A stretch of 64,000 bases of DNA. It comes from an uncultured delta proteobacterium (GTDB lineage Bacteria > Desulfobacterota > Binatia > UBA9968). The translations under genes and the position numbers were made by a program. Location of the stretch: the NCBI GenBank assembly GCA_963760795.1, contig CAVXEP010000022.1:1-64000 (forward strand), written 5' to 3'. Under the pieces are notes generated by a model. It searched no databases. It was not told the origin of the DNA and saw nothing but the letters and a program-made list of their open reading frames with translations. Numbering within the stretch: position 1 is the first letter of the stretch; each line of letters begins with the position of its first letter. Positions 50,286 through 59,828 of the stretch are shown one piece after another.

Positions 50286-51281
50286 CTAATTTCCATACAA
50301 CTTTTTAATGAAGCCGCTGTCCTCGATTTCCTTCAGGATTGATGGGTCGATGAAGTCACTGGGGTTTAGACTTTTCATTTGCGGGCGGGTCTTGGCGAGT
50401 TGATCGATGATGGTCTGGATGCCTTCGCGGTCCGGGTAGGGAACTCTGCGGATCAGTCGCTGGGACATCTCCTCATAGGATGCTTGCACGAGCGACAGAT
50501 CGTCGAGCCGCGTGTATTTTTTCAGGACGTTAAGCGCCAAGTCTTTGTTGGTTTTGAAGACATAGATGCCTTCGAGATAGGCTTTCATGAATCGGACGAC
50601 GACATCGCGATTGGCGCGAATAAAACTCTTGCGCACGCCAAAGCCATGCATCGTGTACGGCACGCCAAGCTGGCTCAAATCAGCAACTAAAACCGAACCC
50701 GCTCGTGTGGCAACTGTCGAAAAGGGTTCCGATAGAATCGCCGCGTCCACCGCCCTATTTTGCAATGCTAAAACCGATTCCGGCTCGCCGCCCACTTGGA
50801 GTAGGGCAACGTCTTTATCGGGCACCAGACCCCAGTGGGTGAGCGCATAGCGAATGGAAAAATCACTGGCGCCGCCGAGCCGGGAAATCGCCACCTTCTT
50901 GCCCTTTAAATTTTCCGGCTTTTTGATGTCTGGGCTGCCAAGGATTTTGAACGCAAAAGTATTGAGTGTCGCGGTCAGCCCAACGAAATCCGCGCCAGTC
51001 GCATTCGCGTTGATATTGGCCACACCGCCGCTGGTGAGAAACTGGATTTCGCCCGCTAGCGCCGCCTGCAGCGCTCGTGAGCTCACCGGAACAAATAACA
51101 CCTCGACGTCCAAGCCATGCTTACGCGGCAGGTCGAGCTCCTTCATGATGTAAACCGGATCGAATTGGATACCTATAGAAGTATAGGCCGCGCGGACTTT
51201 GGGCAGGTTTTGTCCTCGCGCCGGAGCGGCGAAAGCGACAACAACAGCAAAACAAGTCAGCCAACTTCTTATACTCAACAT
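50286..51281 (-). CDS. SsuA/NMT1-like substrate-binding protein
   Basis: GGAGG RBS; signal peptide; LKGKKVAISRLGGASD. Confidence 0.85.
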   Translation of the reverse strand: MLSIRSWLTCFAVVVAFAAPARGQNLPKVRAAYTSIGIQFDPVYIMKELDLPRKHGLDVEVLFVPVSSRALQAALAGEIQFLTSGGVANINANATGADFVGLTATLNTFAFKILGSPDIKKPENLKGKKVAISRLGGASDFSIRYALTHWGLVPDKDVALLQVGGEPESVLALQNRAVDAAILSEPFSTVATRAGSVLVADLSQLGVPYTMHGFGVRKSFIRANRDVVVRFMKAYLEGIYVFKTNKDLALNVLKKYTRLDDLSLVQASYEEMSQRLIRRVPYPDREGIQTIIDQLAKTRPQMKSLNPSDFIDPSILKEIEDSGFIKKLYGN

Positions 51282-51330
51282 GGTTCCTCCGGTTATCCTA
51301 CACCGCTCGGTTTTCCGCCCCACCACCCCT

Positions 51331-51355
51331 GGATGCCCGCGTGCGCGGGCATGAC
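51331..51355. repeat. REP-like palindrome ending in ATGAC
   Basis: atgcccgcg-tg-cgcgggcat; CTTTGCG repeats follow at about 51408-51433. Confidence 0.65.
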
Positions 51356-51448
51356 CGAACTTCACTTCGCCTGAAGCCTGACAAATCCTTGCACCCGCAT
51401 TCTCCGATCTTTGCCCCTCTGCGTCTTTGCGGGATTCGACTAGCCAAT

Positions 51449-52648
51449 CTACTTCCGGCGAAACAAGCTATCCGCCATCCGCGAAGCCACCCCTTCTCGT
51501 TTCACCGTCTCTTCGTACTCCGCGCGAATAAACGGATCTTCCTCGTCGTACGGAATCGCCGTGCCGCCGTCGCGCACGTCGATGGCACCTTCGTCGATGG
51601 CTTTTTCCCCCGGTCGTCCCGGTTGTTGGGCGCGGTGGTTGTTCGGGCCGTACCAACCTAACAGGCGCAACGGCTCCTTGCTCACGCCGAAGTGCTGGTG
51701 GAACCAATCGCCGCTCATCGGCGCGGCGCTAACCATGCCGACGTGATCGTAGTCTTGGCGAATGATTTGGTCGCGATGGCCATCCTTCCATGGCGTGAGA
51801 CCGTATTTCACAGGCCATGTGTAAGTGTAGCCCTTGCCTTTAATGCAGACCAACACGGCGGCCGACGCGTGGGCATGGGCTTTTGAATAGCGGCCGTTCT
51901 CATGCTCGCCGATGAACTGATAGAAAACATTCTCGGTCATGCGCGGTTCCATGCGCCGGTAGCCGGGCGAGCGGCGGTTGTCCAACTGCAACTCGCTGTT
52001 GAAGACATCGGGAATGAGATTGGTCCGGCTCATGGCGAGGCCGCGCAGCGGATCAGGCACGACGTCGACGTTCGGCTTGAAGAAATCCTCGGCATCGTTG
52101 TAGCGATCTTTGAAAACGTAGGGGCAATTGAAAATGAAATCGCTGTTGCGCACCAGATTGACCATATTCGGCGCCGTGGTCGCCGCCAGTAACACCGCCG
52201 GCGTCGACCGGGCGTTGACCACACGATGCCAGGCATTCATCGGGATCGAAAAGAGCGAGCCGGTTTGCCACTCGAACTGATGCTTGCGCGCCGAGCCGTC
52301 CACCCATACTTCCGTGGTGCCGCGCCCCTCGACCACCAAATAAATTTCTTCGTACATATGGCGCTCGACCTTAAGCCCGTCGGCGCCGGGAATTTCGACG
52401 ACATAGCAACCCCATAACCCTTCAGTGCCATAGAGCTGAATGAACGTGCCCTTGCCGCCGAGACGCTTCCACGGTTTGAACGGCAGCTCTTGCACGCGCT
52501 CGACACCGATGCCGCGATAAATCGGCACGCCCTCGCTTTCCATAAAGTTATCGTAAGGCGAGTTGGGCCGGTTCCAGCTGCCGATACCCGCGTTCTGCCC
52601 TTTGTCCGGCTCTTGCCACTCTGTAGGATTCGGTGTTCCTTGCGCCAT
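51449..52648 (-). CDS. Bicupin protein (paralog of 23128)
   Basis: ERHMYEE, FEWQTGSLFSIP..WH, SKAHAH, WFHQHF. Confidence 0.82.
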   Translation of the reverse strand: MAQGTPNPTEWQEPDKGQNAGIGSWNRPNSPYDNFMESEGVPIYRGIGVERVQELPFKPWKRLGGKGTFIQLYGTEGLWGCYVVEIPGADGLKVERHMYEEIYLVVEGRGTTEVWVDGSARKHQFEWQTGSLFSIPMNAWHRVVNARSTPAVLLAATTAPNMVNLVRNSDFIFNCPYVFKDRYNDAEDFFKPNVDVVPDPLRGLAMSRTNLIPDVFNSELQLDNRRSPGYRRMEPRMTENVFYQFIGEHENGRYSKAHAHASAAVLVCIKGKGYTYTWPVKYGLTPWKDGHRDQIIRQDYDHVGMVSAAPMSGDWFHQHFGVSKEPLRLLGWYGPNNHRAQQPGRPGEKAIDEGAIDVRDGGTAIPYDEEDPFIRAEYEETVKREGVASRMADSLFRRK

Positions 52649-52964
52649 GAGGCTCTCCTGGTTTGACTCGATATTACTGTCTAGTTCGAGGTTGAATGAA
52701 GTTTCCCGCCCTTAGGTGAATCTTTAGTTCTCATGGCGGTCGTTCGATTCTACGCAGGAAAACTCGTCAAAGGAACCGATGCGGCCCTCTTTAAGTATGT
52801 TCCTGTTTCAAGTTCTTCAATTATTTGTGATTACTTCATTGTCTGTTCTCCCTATCTATACGCTAGAACCGCGTGGGATTTAAGGCGACGCCGTCCCTTT
52901 TCTTGACTCGTTCAACCATATCGATATAGCGTTGCAGGATGCCAGAACGGTTATTTGATCGATT

Positions 52965-52988
52965 CGTTCAAGCGTTCAAAAGTTCAAG
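52965..52988. repeat. GTTCAA tandem repeat in 5' leader
   Basis: gttcaagc gttcaaaa gttcaagg. Confidence 0.6.
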
Positions 52989-53019
52989 GTCGGAACGGAC
53001 AAAATTTAGGAGACCGACA

Positions 53020-53916
53020 ATGGCTACAACCGGAGACACCATCTACGAATGGGACAAAAACCCGCGCATGCCGGTGCCGGCGCCGCCGGCGGGGAGCTGC
53101 GATTGCCAGTTTCATATCTACGGCGACCCGGCGCAGTTTCCGCCGCGGACCAATGCGCCCTACCCGCCGATTGAAAGCGCGACGTTTAGCGAAGCGCAGC
53201 GCATGCATAAAGCCATCGGCTTCACTCGCGGCGTCATCGTCCACAGTGCGATCTACGGCAGCGATCACCGCCTGTTGCTGCATGCGCTCGAAAGCTTGAA
53301 CGATCGCGACCGCTACCGCGGTATCGGCATTGTCGACGATCGAGTATCCGACAAAGAACTAGAACGCTTGCATGCGGCGGGTGTGCGCGGCGCGCGCTTC
53401 AACTTCGTACGCTTCTTCGCTATGGAGCAGCGCGAGGCCGAGGTTCGGCGCTCGATGGCGCGCATCAAGGAACTCGGCTGGCACGCCCGGCTCCATGTCA
53501 ACGGAGAAGATCTAATCGAGAATTCAACGCTGCTCCGTTCGCTCAAGGACATCCCGATGGTGATCGACCATTTCGGCCATGTCGGCTTTGACGGCGGCAT
53601 GGACCGGCCGGTGATCCGTTGGGTGCTCGATTCGCTCAAGCTGGATAACTGGTGGATGATGGTCTCCAACGGCAATCGCGATTCGCACATGGACGCAGGC
53701 TGGGACGACGCCCTGCCCTACGGCAAGGCGTTTATCGAAGCCGCGCCCGATCGCATCGTCTGGGGCACCGACTGGCCCCATCCGCAATGGAAGAAACGCA
53801 TGATGAACGACGCCGAGGAAGTCGAGTTGCTATACCGCTACGTCGACGGCGACGAGGCGTTATTGAAAAAGATCTTGGTAGACAATCCGGCGCGGCTGCA
53901 CGGGTTCAACAAATAG
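53020..53916 (+). CDS. LigI/PDC-lactonase-like amidohydrolase
   Basis: CDCQFHIYG, GVRGARFN, IDHFG, WGTDWPH, DNPARL. Confidence 0.88.
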   Translation: MATTGDTIYEWDKNPRMPVPAPPAGSCDCQFHIYGDPAQFPPRTNAPYPPIESATFSEAQRMHKAIGFTRGVIVHSAIYGSDHRLLLHALESLNDRDRYRGIGIVDDRVSDKELERLHAAGVRGARFNFVRFFAMEQREAEVRRSMARIKELGWHARLHVNGEDLIENSTLLRSLKDIPMVIDHFGHVGFDGGMDRPVIRWVLDSLKLDNWWMMVSNGNRDSHMDAGWDDALPYGKAFIEAAPDRIVWGTDWPHPQWKKRMMNDAEEVELLYRYVDGDEALLKKILVDNPARLHGFNK

Positions 53917-53955
53917 CGCTATGGCGTAGTACCGATACAAGGTCGGATCGGATTT

Positions 53956-54038
53956 TTAACCACAAAAACACGAACCACACAAAAGTTCGGAATCCATCCG
54001 GATCTAATTTTCGCGGATTTCGTGCTTTTCGTGGTTAA
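53956..54038. repeat. Degenerate CACGAA nonamer palindromic element
   Basis: ttaaccacaaaaacacgaa...ttcgga...ttcgtgcttttcgtggttaa. Confidence 0.7.
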
Positions 54039-54089
54039 CCTTTGAATCCTTTTTGGGTTCTTTGCGGCTAATCCTCCGATTCCGAATCC

Positions 54090-55194
54090 TCAATTTGACG
54101 CCGCGCCCAACTTGTAAAAGCTGGCGGCGTTGCCGCGCAGGACCGCCTGCTTGGCCGCCATCGCTAATTTCCTTGCGCTCCTGGAGTTCGTGAATCTCCT
54201 TGCGGATCGTTTGCAGGTTCACTTCGTGCGGGAAGTCCGACGAGAACATGAACGCTTGCTCGCCGGCGACTTTGATCGCGTAGGGTAGATCGCTTTCACC
54301 GCCTTCGATCCCCACCACCAGGCGGCCCGCTCGGACTAGCCCGAAGATGTACTCCGCGACGGTTTGTCCCTCCGGCAATTGCAGCAGCTCCCCGCGCGGA
54401 TTGACCGGGGTGCCGGCCTCGAAGGATCGCGACAGACGTTCGAGCGCCATGAGAAACCACAGCGGACCGCCTTCCAGATAAGCGACGCGCAGACCGGAGA
54501 AGCGTTCGAACAAATTGTTGAGCACCATCTCCGCCAGAGCGATCGCCAGCGACATCGGATGGCCGATGGCGTTGGCGCCGGTGGAAACGTTCATGGTTTC
54601 CATTCCTAAGTCCCAATGGCCGCCGCCGTGCACGACGACCGGGATACCCAAGCGCGCCGCCTCGGCGTAGACTGGCCAGTAGGGCTTGGCGCCGAGATTC
54701 AAATGAACTCCAGTGGCGGGAAACAGCACGGCGGCCATGCCCAAGTCTTTGTGCGCATGTTGCAGCTCCGCCAACGCCGCATCGGCATCATGCATCGGTA
54801 ACAGCGCGACGCCTTTGAAACGTGAATCGCGCCGCAGATAGGTCTCCGCCAGCCAGTCGTTGTAAGCGCGCGCCGCGCCGCAAGCGTAGTCGCGGTCGAC
54901 GATACGGCCAATGCGTTGGCCCGCGGTGGGAAAGAGCACTGCGTAGTCGATCTCCGCCTCCTCCATGAACTTGATCCAGCCCTCGGGACCGGGGTTGACA
55001 AACCGGCCTTCGGCGTTGGTCGCGAAAGCCCCCGGCGGCGTGCGCGTCAGGGAATACTGGATATGGCTGTTGAGCGGAAACACGCCGCTGCGCAGCCGCG
55101 CGCCGGTCGCGCTGTAGGGAAAGTGCCGGGCGATGCCATCGCTGTCTTCGAATATATGACCGTCGCCGTCGATGACTTTCAATTGCTGTGTCAT
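54090..55194 (-). CDS. Amidohydrolase_2 (frameshift near 54160)
   Basis: IDGDGH, AYNDWL, VVHG, YLEGG, SSDFPH; AKQAVLRGNAASFY* in the adjacent frame. Confidence 0.85.
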
Positions 55195-55645
55195 TGGTTT
55201 CTCCTCTGCCGACGTTTTTGCCAAACCAGGTGTTGCGAAAGTTTGCTTGAGACATGGGCGACCGCGTCGCGCCATGACTAAAGGCCGCGGCCACTCAGCG
55301 GCCCGTGCTTGTTTACCGTCACGATAGCTTCAACATCTGCCTGATAGCACCGCGCCATGAAAATTGTCAATCCGGCAGTGAACGTTTCTGTATATCTAAG
55401 AATAGCCGAGAAACTCGAGCCATTTCACCTTGGCAGCAAAACGCCACAAGGCGCGGCGATTTCTAATATCGCGCGCGGCTCGACTGCGGGAATTGGTCGG
55501 AAATTGTTATTGCAGGCAATGACGGCGAGGATATCCGCTGCGTCGGTCTGTTGGATGCGCTTGGCCAGGTAAGGCCCAAAGGCCGACGGTAATTTCCACC
55601 GTCAAACGTTCGAGGGCGCACCGCGGCAGTGCCGGCGAGCTGCGA

Positions 55646-56494
55646 TCAAGTCTGCTCTCGCTTCTCCCTCATGTGGGTCAAGCAACGAAGAAACAGATAA
55701 ACTTCGGTCGGGTTCTTGAGAAATCGAGCGGCTACGGTCTTTCGTGGCGTTTCCTCGACTAGAATAGCCATGCCTTTTTCCGCAATGGCTGCAAACGCCG
55801 CTTCATCGGTGCGGTCGTCACCAATATAGATCGGCAATGCGGTTGAAGCATAATGTGCGAGGATTTGCGTTATAGCATCTGCTTTCGTCATGCCTGTCGG
55901 TTTCGCTTCAATGACGTCTTTGCCGGCCAAAAGCTCTAGTTTGACGCCTTGCTGCTGATATTCATGGACCGCACGGACAAACTCCTGGCGCGCCGCCAAT
56001 GCTGTGTCGCCGTCGGCCCGCCGGAAGTGCAGGGCCAGAGCAATGCCCTTGTCTTCCACGATGATTCCATCAGCGTCCGCCAGAGCCCGGCGCAACTCTT
56101 CGTGCAAGCAACGTAGTGTGTCGACAATCACCCGGTTCGGCCATGACCGATTGAACGTGCCGTCGGGCGCCGCCCACTCCAAGCCGTGGCATCCGACATA
56201 ATAAATCTGCTCTAAACCGATGAGCCGCCTCAGCTTGTCAATGGGACGGCCACTGACGATTCCAACCGAGCATCCGGGCAAAGAATGAAAATCTTGCAGC
56301 CAACGTCTTCGCGGCTCGCTAAACAAGACATCGGCTGGAGTTGGCGCGATTTCGGCCAGGGTGCCGTCAAAGCCAAGAAACACAAATATTTCAGGCGCCT
56401 CGATAACTATCTGCCAAAAATCTTGATCATGAAAGTTTAATCGTTGGGGAATCCCACCAGGTTGAAGCGATTGATTTATGCTATCGGTCGTCAT
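55646..56494 (-). CDS. otsB: Trehalose-6-phosphate phosphatase-like HAD protein (motif I Asp to Gly)
   Basis: FLGFDGTLAEI, VSGR, HGLE, EDKG..LHFR, IGDDRTDE.AF. Confidence 0.8.
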   Translation of the reverse strand: MTTDSINQSLQPGGIPQRLNFHDQDFWQIVIEAPEIFVFLGFDGTLAEIAPTPADVLFSEPRRRWLQDFHSLPGCSVGIVSGRPIDKLRRLIGLEQIYYVGCHGLEWAAPDGTFNRSWPNRVIVDTLRCLHEELRRALADADGIIVEDKGIALALHFRRADGDTALAARQEFVRAVHEYQQQGVKLELLAGKDVIEAKPTGMTKADAITQILAHYASTALPIYIGDDRTDEAAFAAIAEKGMAILVEETPRKTVAARFLKNPTEVYLFLRCLTHMREKREQT

Positions 56495-56531
56495 GCAGAT
56501 GCCCTCTCGACCGCTGATTTCGACCCCCCGT

Positions 56532-57121
56532 CTAGCGTCTGGGTCCCTGGGCCGTGATCACAAACCTGTCGCGGCGATTTTTTTGCCGGCAATCTTCGGA
56601 CTGCGATTGGCAGGCCGGAATCTCCTCGCCGTAGCTTATTGTGGCGATTCGATCCGCCGAAATACCGAGGCTCGTTAAATAGTCTTTGGCCGCTTGCGCT
56701 CGCTTGGCACCGAGAGCCAAATTGTACTCATTGGTGCCGCGTTCGTCGGAATGACCTTCGATTTCAACGCGTGCTGTTGGATTTTTCTTGAGCCAGTCGG
56801 CGTTGGCGCGCAGAATCGCCCAGTCTTCGGTGTCGAGTTCGTACTGGTCGAAGTCAAAGTACACTTCTCTTAACCCGCCATCACCCGACCTCAGCGCGGC
56901 ATCGCCTCCCCGCAGCGCTTCTAAGCTCGATTTGAACGCAAAGTGTCAGGGGTCAAGCCTGGAGACTCTAGTGCGCCCGACTGCGACTGCGGCGTGAATG
57001 GTCGGGGTGACGGTACACTTATCGATTTCTTTGCCGCAGGCTCAAATGTTGAACAGCCGGTCGTACCCATCAATCCTGCGATCACAAGACCGATAATAAC
57101 GTCCGCATAGCGATACCTCAT
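56532..57121 (-). CDS. pal: Pal-like peptidoglycan-associated lipoprotein (frameshift near 56940)
   Basis: Lipobox-like TTGC; YFDFD, EGHSDERGTNEYNLALG.KRA, SYGEE, NRR. Confidence 0.82.
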
Positions 57122-57357
57122 CTGCGGTCTTTCCCAATCATATTAGTCGTCATGCAAAGCGGATGAACGTCTTTGCCGTTTGACAATCCACAGCTCATCC
57201 GAGCATTGATTTTTCGTCGGGCGTCTGAAGTTCCCGCGGAGAATATCAACCGCTTTGCAAACGGAGCATCTTCCCCGCGGGGACAGAAACACCGAGGAAA
57301 CATTCAAATACGACTGCGCGTGCTCGTCGAGGAAAACATTACATAACACCAATGCTA

Positions 57358-57615
57358 TTAGAAAATACCCCTCAACAAACCACCGACGGCTCGGAAAGGA
57401 AGGGATAGAACGTCGCCTACCACATCGACGGTGCTGCTCAATACGCCGCCAGATTCCCCCCGAGTTTCTGTAGTCGTCGTTTCGGTGCGGTTCTCTACGG
57501 CCGCTTCTGTAGGATACTGTCGAGTTTCGCTGGTAACCGTCCGCGTTTGAGTTGAACACCCAACGCCCAAACTCAGAACTAAAAGACTACCCACGAGCAA
57601 ATTACTTTTTCGCAT
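57358..57615 (-). CDS. Small Thr-rich lipoprotein
   Basis: AGGAGG RBS; lipobox-like GVGC; C-terminal amphipathic VGDVLSLPFRAVGGLL. Confidence 0.75.
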   Translation of the reverse strand: MRKSNLLVGSLLVLSLGVGCSTQTRTVTSETRQYPTEAAVENRTETTTTETRGESGGVLSSTVDVVGDVLSLPFRAVGGLLRGIF

Positions 57616-57680
57616 GACAACCTCCTGCCGGGAGCGAAATTTAAAACTCACAACGCGGCTCCCTGCCTACACTATGAATG

Positions 57681-57696
57681 AGCAAGGCCTGTACCA
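57681..57696 (-). promoter_or_regulatory. sigma54 (-24/-12) promoter
   Basis: TGGTAC-AGGCC-TTGCT upstream of ATG 57615. Confidence 0.65.
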
Positions 57697-57918
57697 GGCC
57701 CAGAAAAAGTAATGCCTTTGATCTTGCTGGACTTTTAACAGAGTGAAGTGGCCGGGCTATCGATGGAAGGATTTTCCCGGGTAAGTGAAAGGGATTCCCC
57801 CTACAACCTGCGTCAACCGAATTGTAAAAAGGGATTTCGCAGAGTTCGCCTAAAGCACCGCGCAATGCGCCGCACCTAACGTTATTTGAATGAGTTTCAC
57901 CAGCGGGAGGGTGTAAGA

Positions 57919-59190
57919 TTAAGACGGTTCTTGTTCAGTTGCTTTTTTTTCCGTGGACTGCTGATTCAACGGCAAATGAATGGTAAAGGTAGTTCCCTGT
58001 CCAGGCTGGCTTTCCACCTCAATCCGCCCGCCGTGAGATTTTACAATCCTCTCGCATATCGGCAGACCCAATCCCATGCCACGCCACTTCCTAGCGGTGA
58101 AAAAAGGCTGAAAGATCTTGGGCAGAGTGTCCGCGTCAATGCCAAACCCGGTATCCGCCACCGCGACGGTCATCTGACCGGACGAATTTTGCTTTGCTCT
58201 CAGGGTTAACTTCCCACCTGCTGGCATGGCATCCATCGCATTGAGCGACAAATTCACCAGCACCTGCTGCAACTGCTGCGGGTCGGCATAGATTCGCGGC
58301 AGTTCCGGCGCGATTTCCTGGACGGCTTGGACGTCTTGCTTGTACAGCCGGGTCGAGATCATTTCCAACGTTTTGCTAATCGTCTCTTGGACATCGATCA
58401 ATATGAAATCCGTGCTTTTGGGCCGGCCGAATTCCAAAAGGTCCCGGACCATTTTTTCACAGCGCTTGGTCTCTTCAGAGATGATCTGTATGGGACGATA
58501 GCTCGGATCGGCGGGGTCCATGTCGGCTAAAAGACCTTGAGCAAAACCAAGGATAATTCCCAGCGGGTTATTGAACTCATGGGCCATCGAAGCCGATAGC
58601 TCGCCGACCGAGACAAGGCGGCCCGAGGCGATCAGTTGCTCCTCCAGTTCTTGGGCTTGTTTACGCAGCTTCTGCTCGCTTTCCCGCAGCGCTTCCTCCG
58701 TCCGTTTGCGATTCGTGATATCGATAATCGACACGAGGACGAAAGTTACGTCATTGATTTGGATTGGGTTAAGGCCGATCTCGACAGACACTTCTGATCC
58801 GTCCTTGCGCATGCCAAACAGATCACGGCCCGCTCCCATAGGGCGAGACTTCGGAGAGAGAAAAAACCCGGCCCGGAAGTCAGCGTGTTTGCCGCGAAAG
58901 CGCGCCGGCACGAGCGCGTCAATCGACTGCTGGAGCAACTCCTCTCGTGGGTACCCGAAAAGGCTCTCGGCGTGGGCATTGGTTAAGACGATTCGCCCAT
59001 CCTTGCCGACCATAATCATCGCGTTTGGAGAAGCCTCAACCGCCAGGCGAAAGCGCGCCTCGCTTTGCTCTAGCGCTTGCTGCTTTATCCGCTCATTCAT
59101 GTGGAATAGGTCCACGAACGCAGCGACCTTGGCTTTCACCACTTCCGGAACCACCGGCTTGAAATTGTTATCCACTGCGCATGAAAACAC
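57919..59190 (-). CDS. PAS histidine kinase with an eroded N-terminal receiver domain
   Basis: AVD..FKPV receiver tail; PAS; HEFNNPL, NAMDAM, DTGFGI, GMGLGL. Confidence 0.85.
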   Translation of the reverse strand: MFSCAVDNNFKPVVPEVVKAKVAAFVDLFHMNERIKQQALEQSEARFRLAVEASPNAMIMVGKDGRIVLTNAHAESLFGYPREELLQQSIDALVPARFRGKHADFRAGFFLSPKSRPMGAGRDLFGMRKDGSEVSVEIGLNPIQINDVTFVLVSIIDITNRKRTEEALRESEQKLRKQAQELEEQLIASGRLVSVGELSASMAHEFNNPLGIILGFAQGLLADMDPADPSYRPIQIISEETKRCEKMVRDLLEFGRPKSTDFILIDVQETISKTLEMISTRLYKQDVQAVQEIAPELPRIYADPQQLQQVLVNLSLNAMDAMPAGGKLTLRAKQNSSGQMTVAVADTGFGIDADTLPKIFQPFFTARKWRGMGLGLPICERIVKSHGGRIEVESQPGQGTTFTIHLPLNQQSTEKKATEQEPS

Positions 59191-59335
59191 CGCCCGCTCG
59201 ATGTGCGTTTATTCTTGCGCGTATTTGGCACGCTCATTGGGAGTCATAATTGGTGCCAATGCTCTGATCGTCAAAGTATGCTTCACCAACCGCGTAAGTT
59301 CTTTCTCGCTGATGATTGTCCGGCGGGCGAATTTA

Positions 59336-59734
59336 TCAAGACTTGTTCTGTTCAACCTCGATCAGTTTAAGAACCATCTCCCGCAACTGATCATCTCCAT
59401 TGATGGTTTGATAGAGCACACCAAACCGCGCCATCGTCAGCCCCTCCCGTTCGAGCGCCGCGCTGAACCTAGCCACTGCCTCTTGCTCGATCCTGCTCTT
59501 TTCCTGCGGTGTTTTTGCCGCGCTCATTTGAATCTCAGAAACCCCGCGAATTTTATCGAGCTCCACATAGGATTTCGCGAACGCTTGCAATTCCCCATCG
59601 CTAAATTTTTCCGGCCCGGCGAATGACTGTCGTTCCGCTCCATTTGCTTGCGCCCAAACCACCGTAACCGACGACGTGAGGAGCACAATCAACGCCAAGC
59701 CAAATATCAGCAAGTTCATCATTTTATTCTTCAT
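59336..59734 (-). CDS. DUF4168-like secreted protein
   Basis: GAGG RBS; signal peptide; SDGELQAFAKSY, EREGLT...F. Confidence 0.75.
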   Translation of the reverse strand: MKNKMMNLLIFGLALIVLLTSSVTVVWAQANGAERQSFAGPEKFSDGELQAFAKSYVELDKIRGVSEIQMSAAKTPQEKSRIEQEAVARFSAALEREGLTMARFGVLYQTINGDDQLREMVLKLIEVEQNKS

Positions 59735-59812
59735 GGAAACCTCCTCGGTTCAAGAAACAGAGATCACATTAAAATACGCAGAATGGGATAGTCGGTCCTG
59801 TTTAGCAGAGTC

Positions 59813-59828
59813 AGCAAGCATTATGCCA
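59813..59828 (-). promoter_or_regulatory. sigma54 (-24/-12) promoter
   Basis: TGGCAT-AATGC-TTGCT upstream of ATG 59734. Confidence 0.7.

Noticed and set aside
1984-52988. TTGAAC arrays as CRISPR repeats
   Set aside because: Units are about 9 nt with no 30-40 nt spacers, and there are no cas genes
39786-59626. Long antisense ORFs (for example 39786-40787, 44285-45145, 58571-59626)
   Set aside because: Shadow frames of well-supported genes in GC-rich DNA
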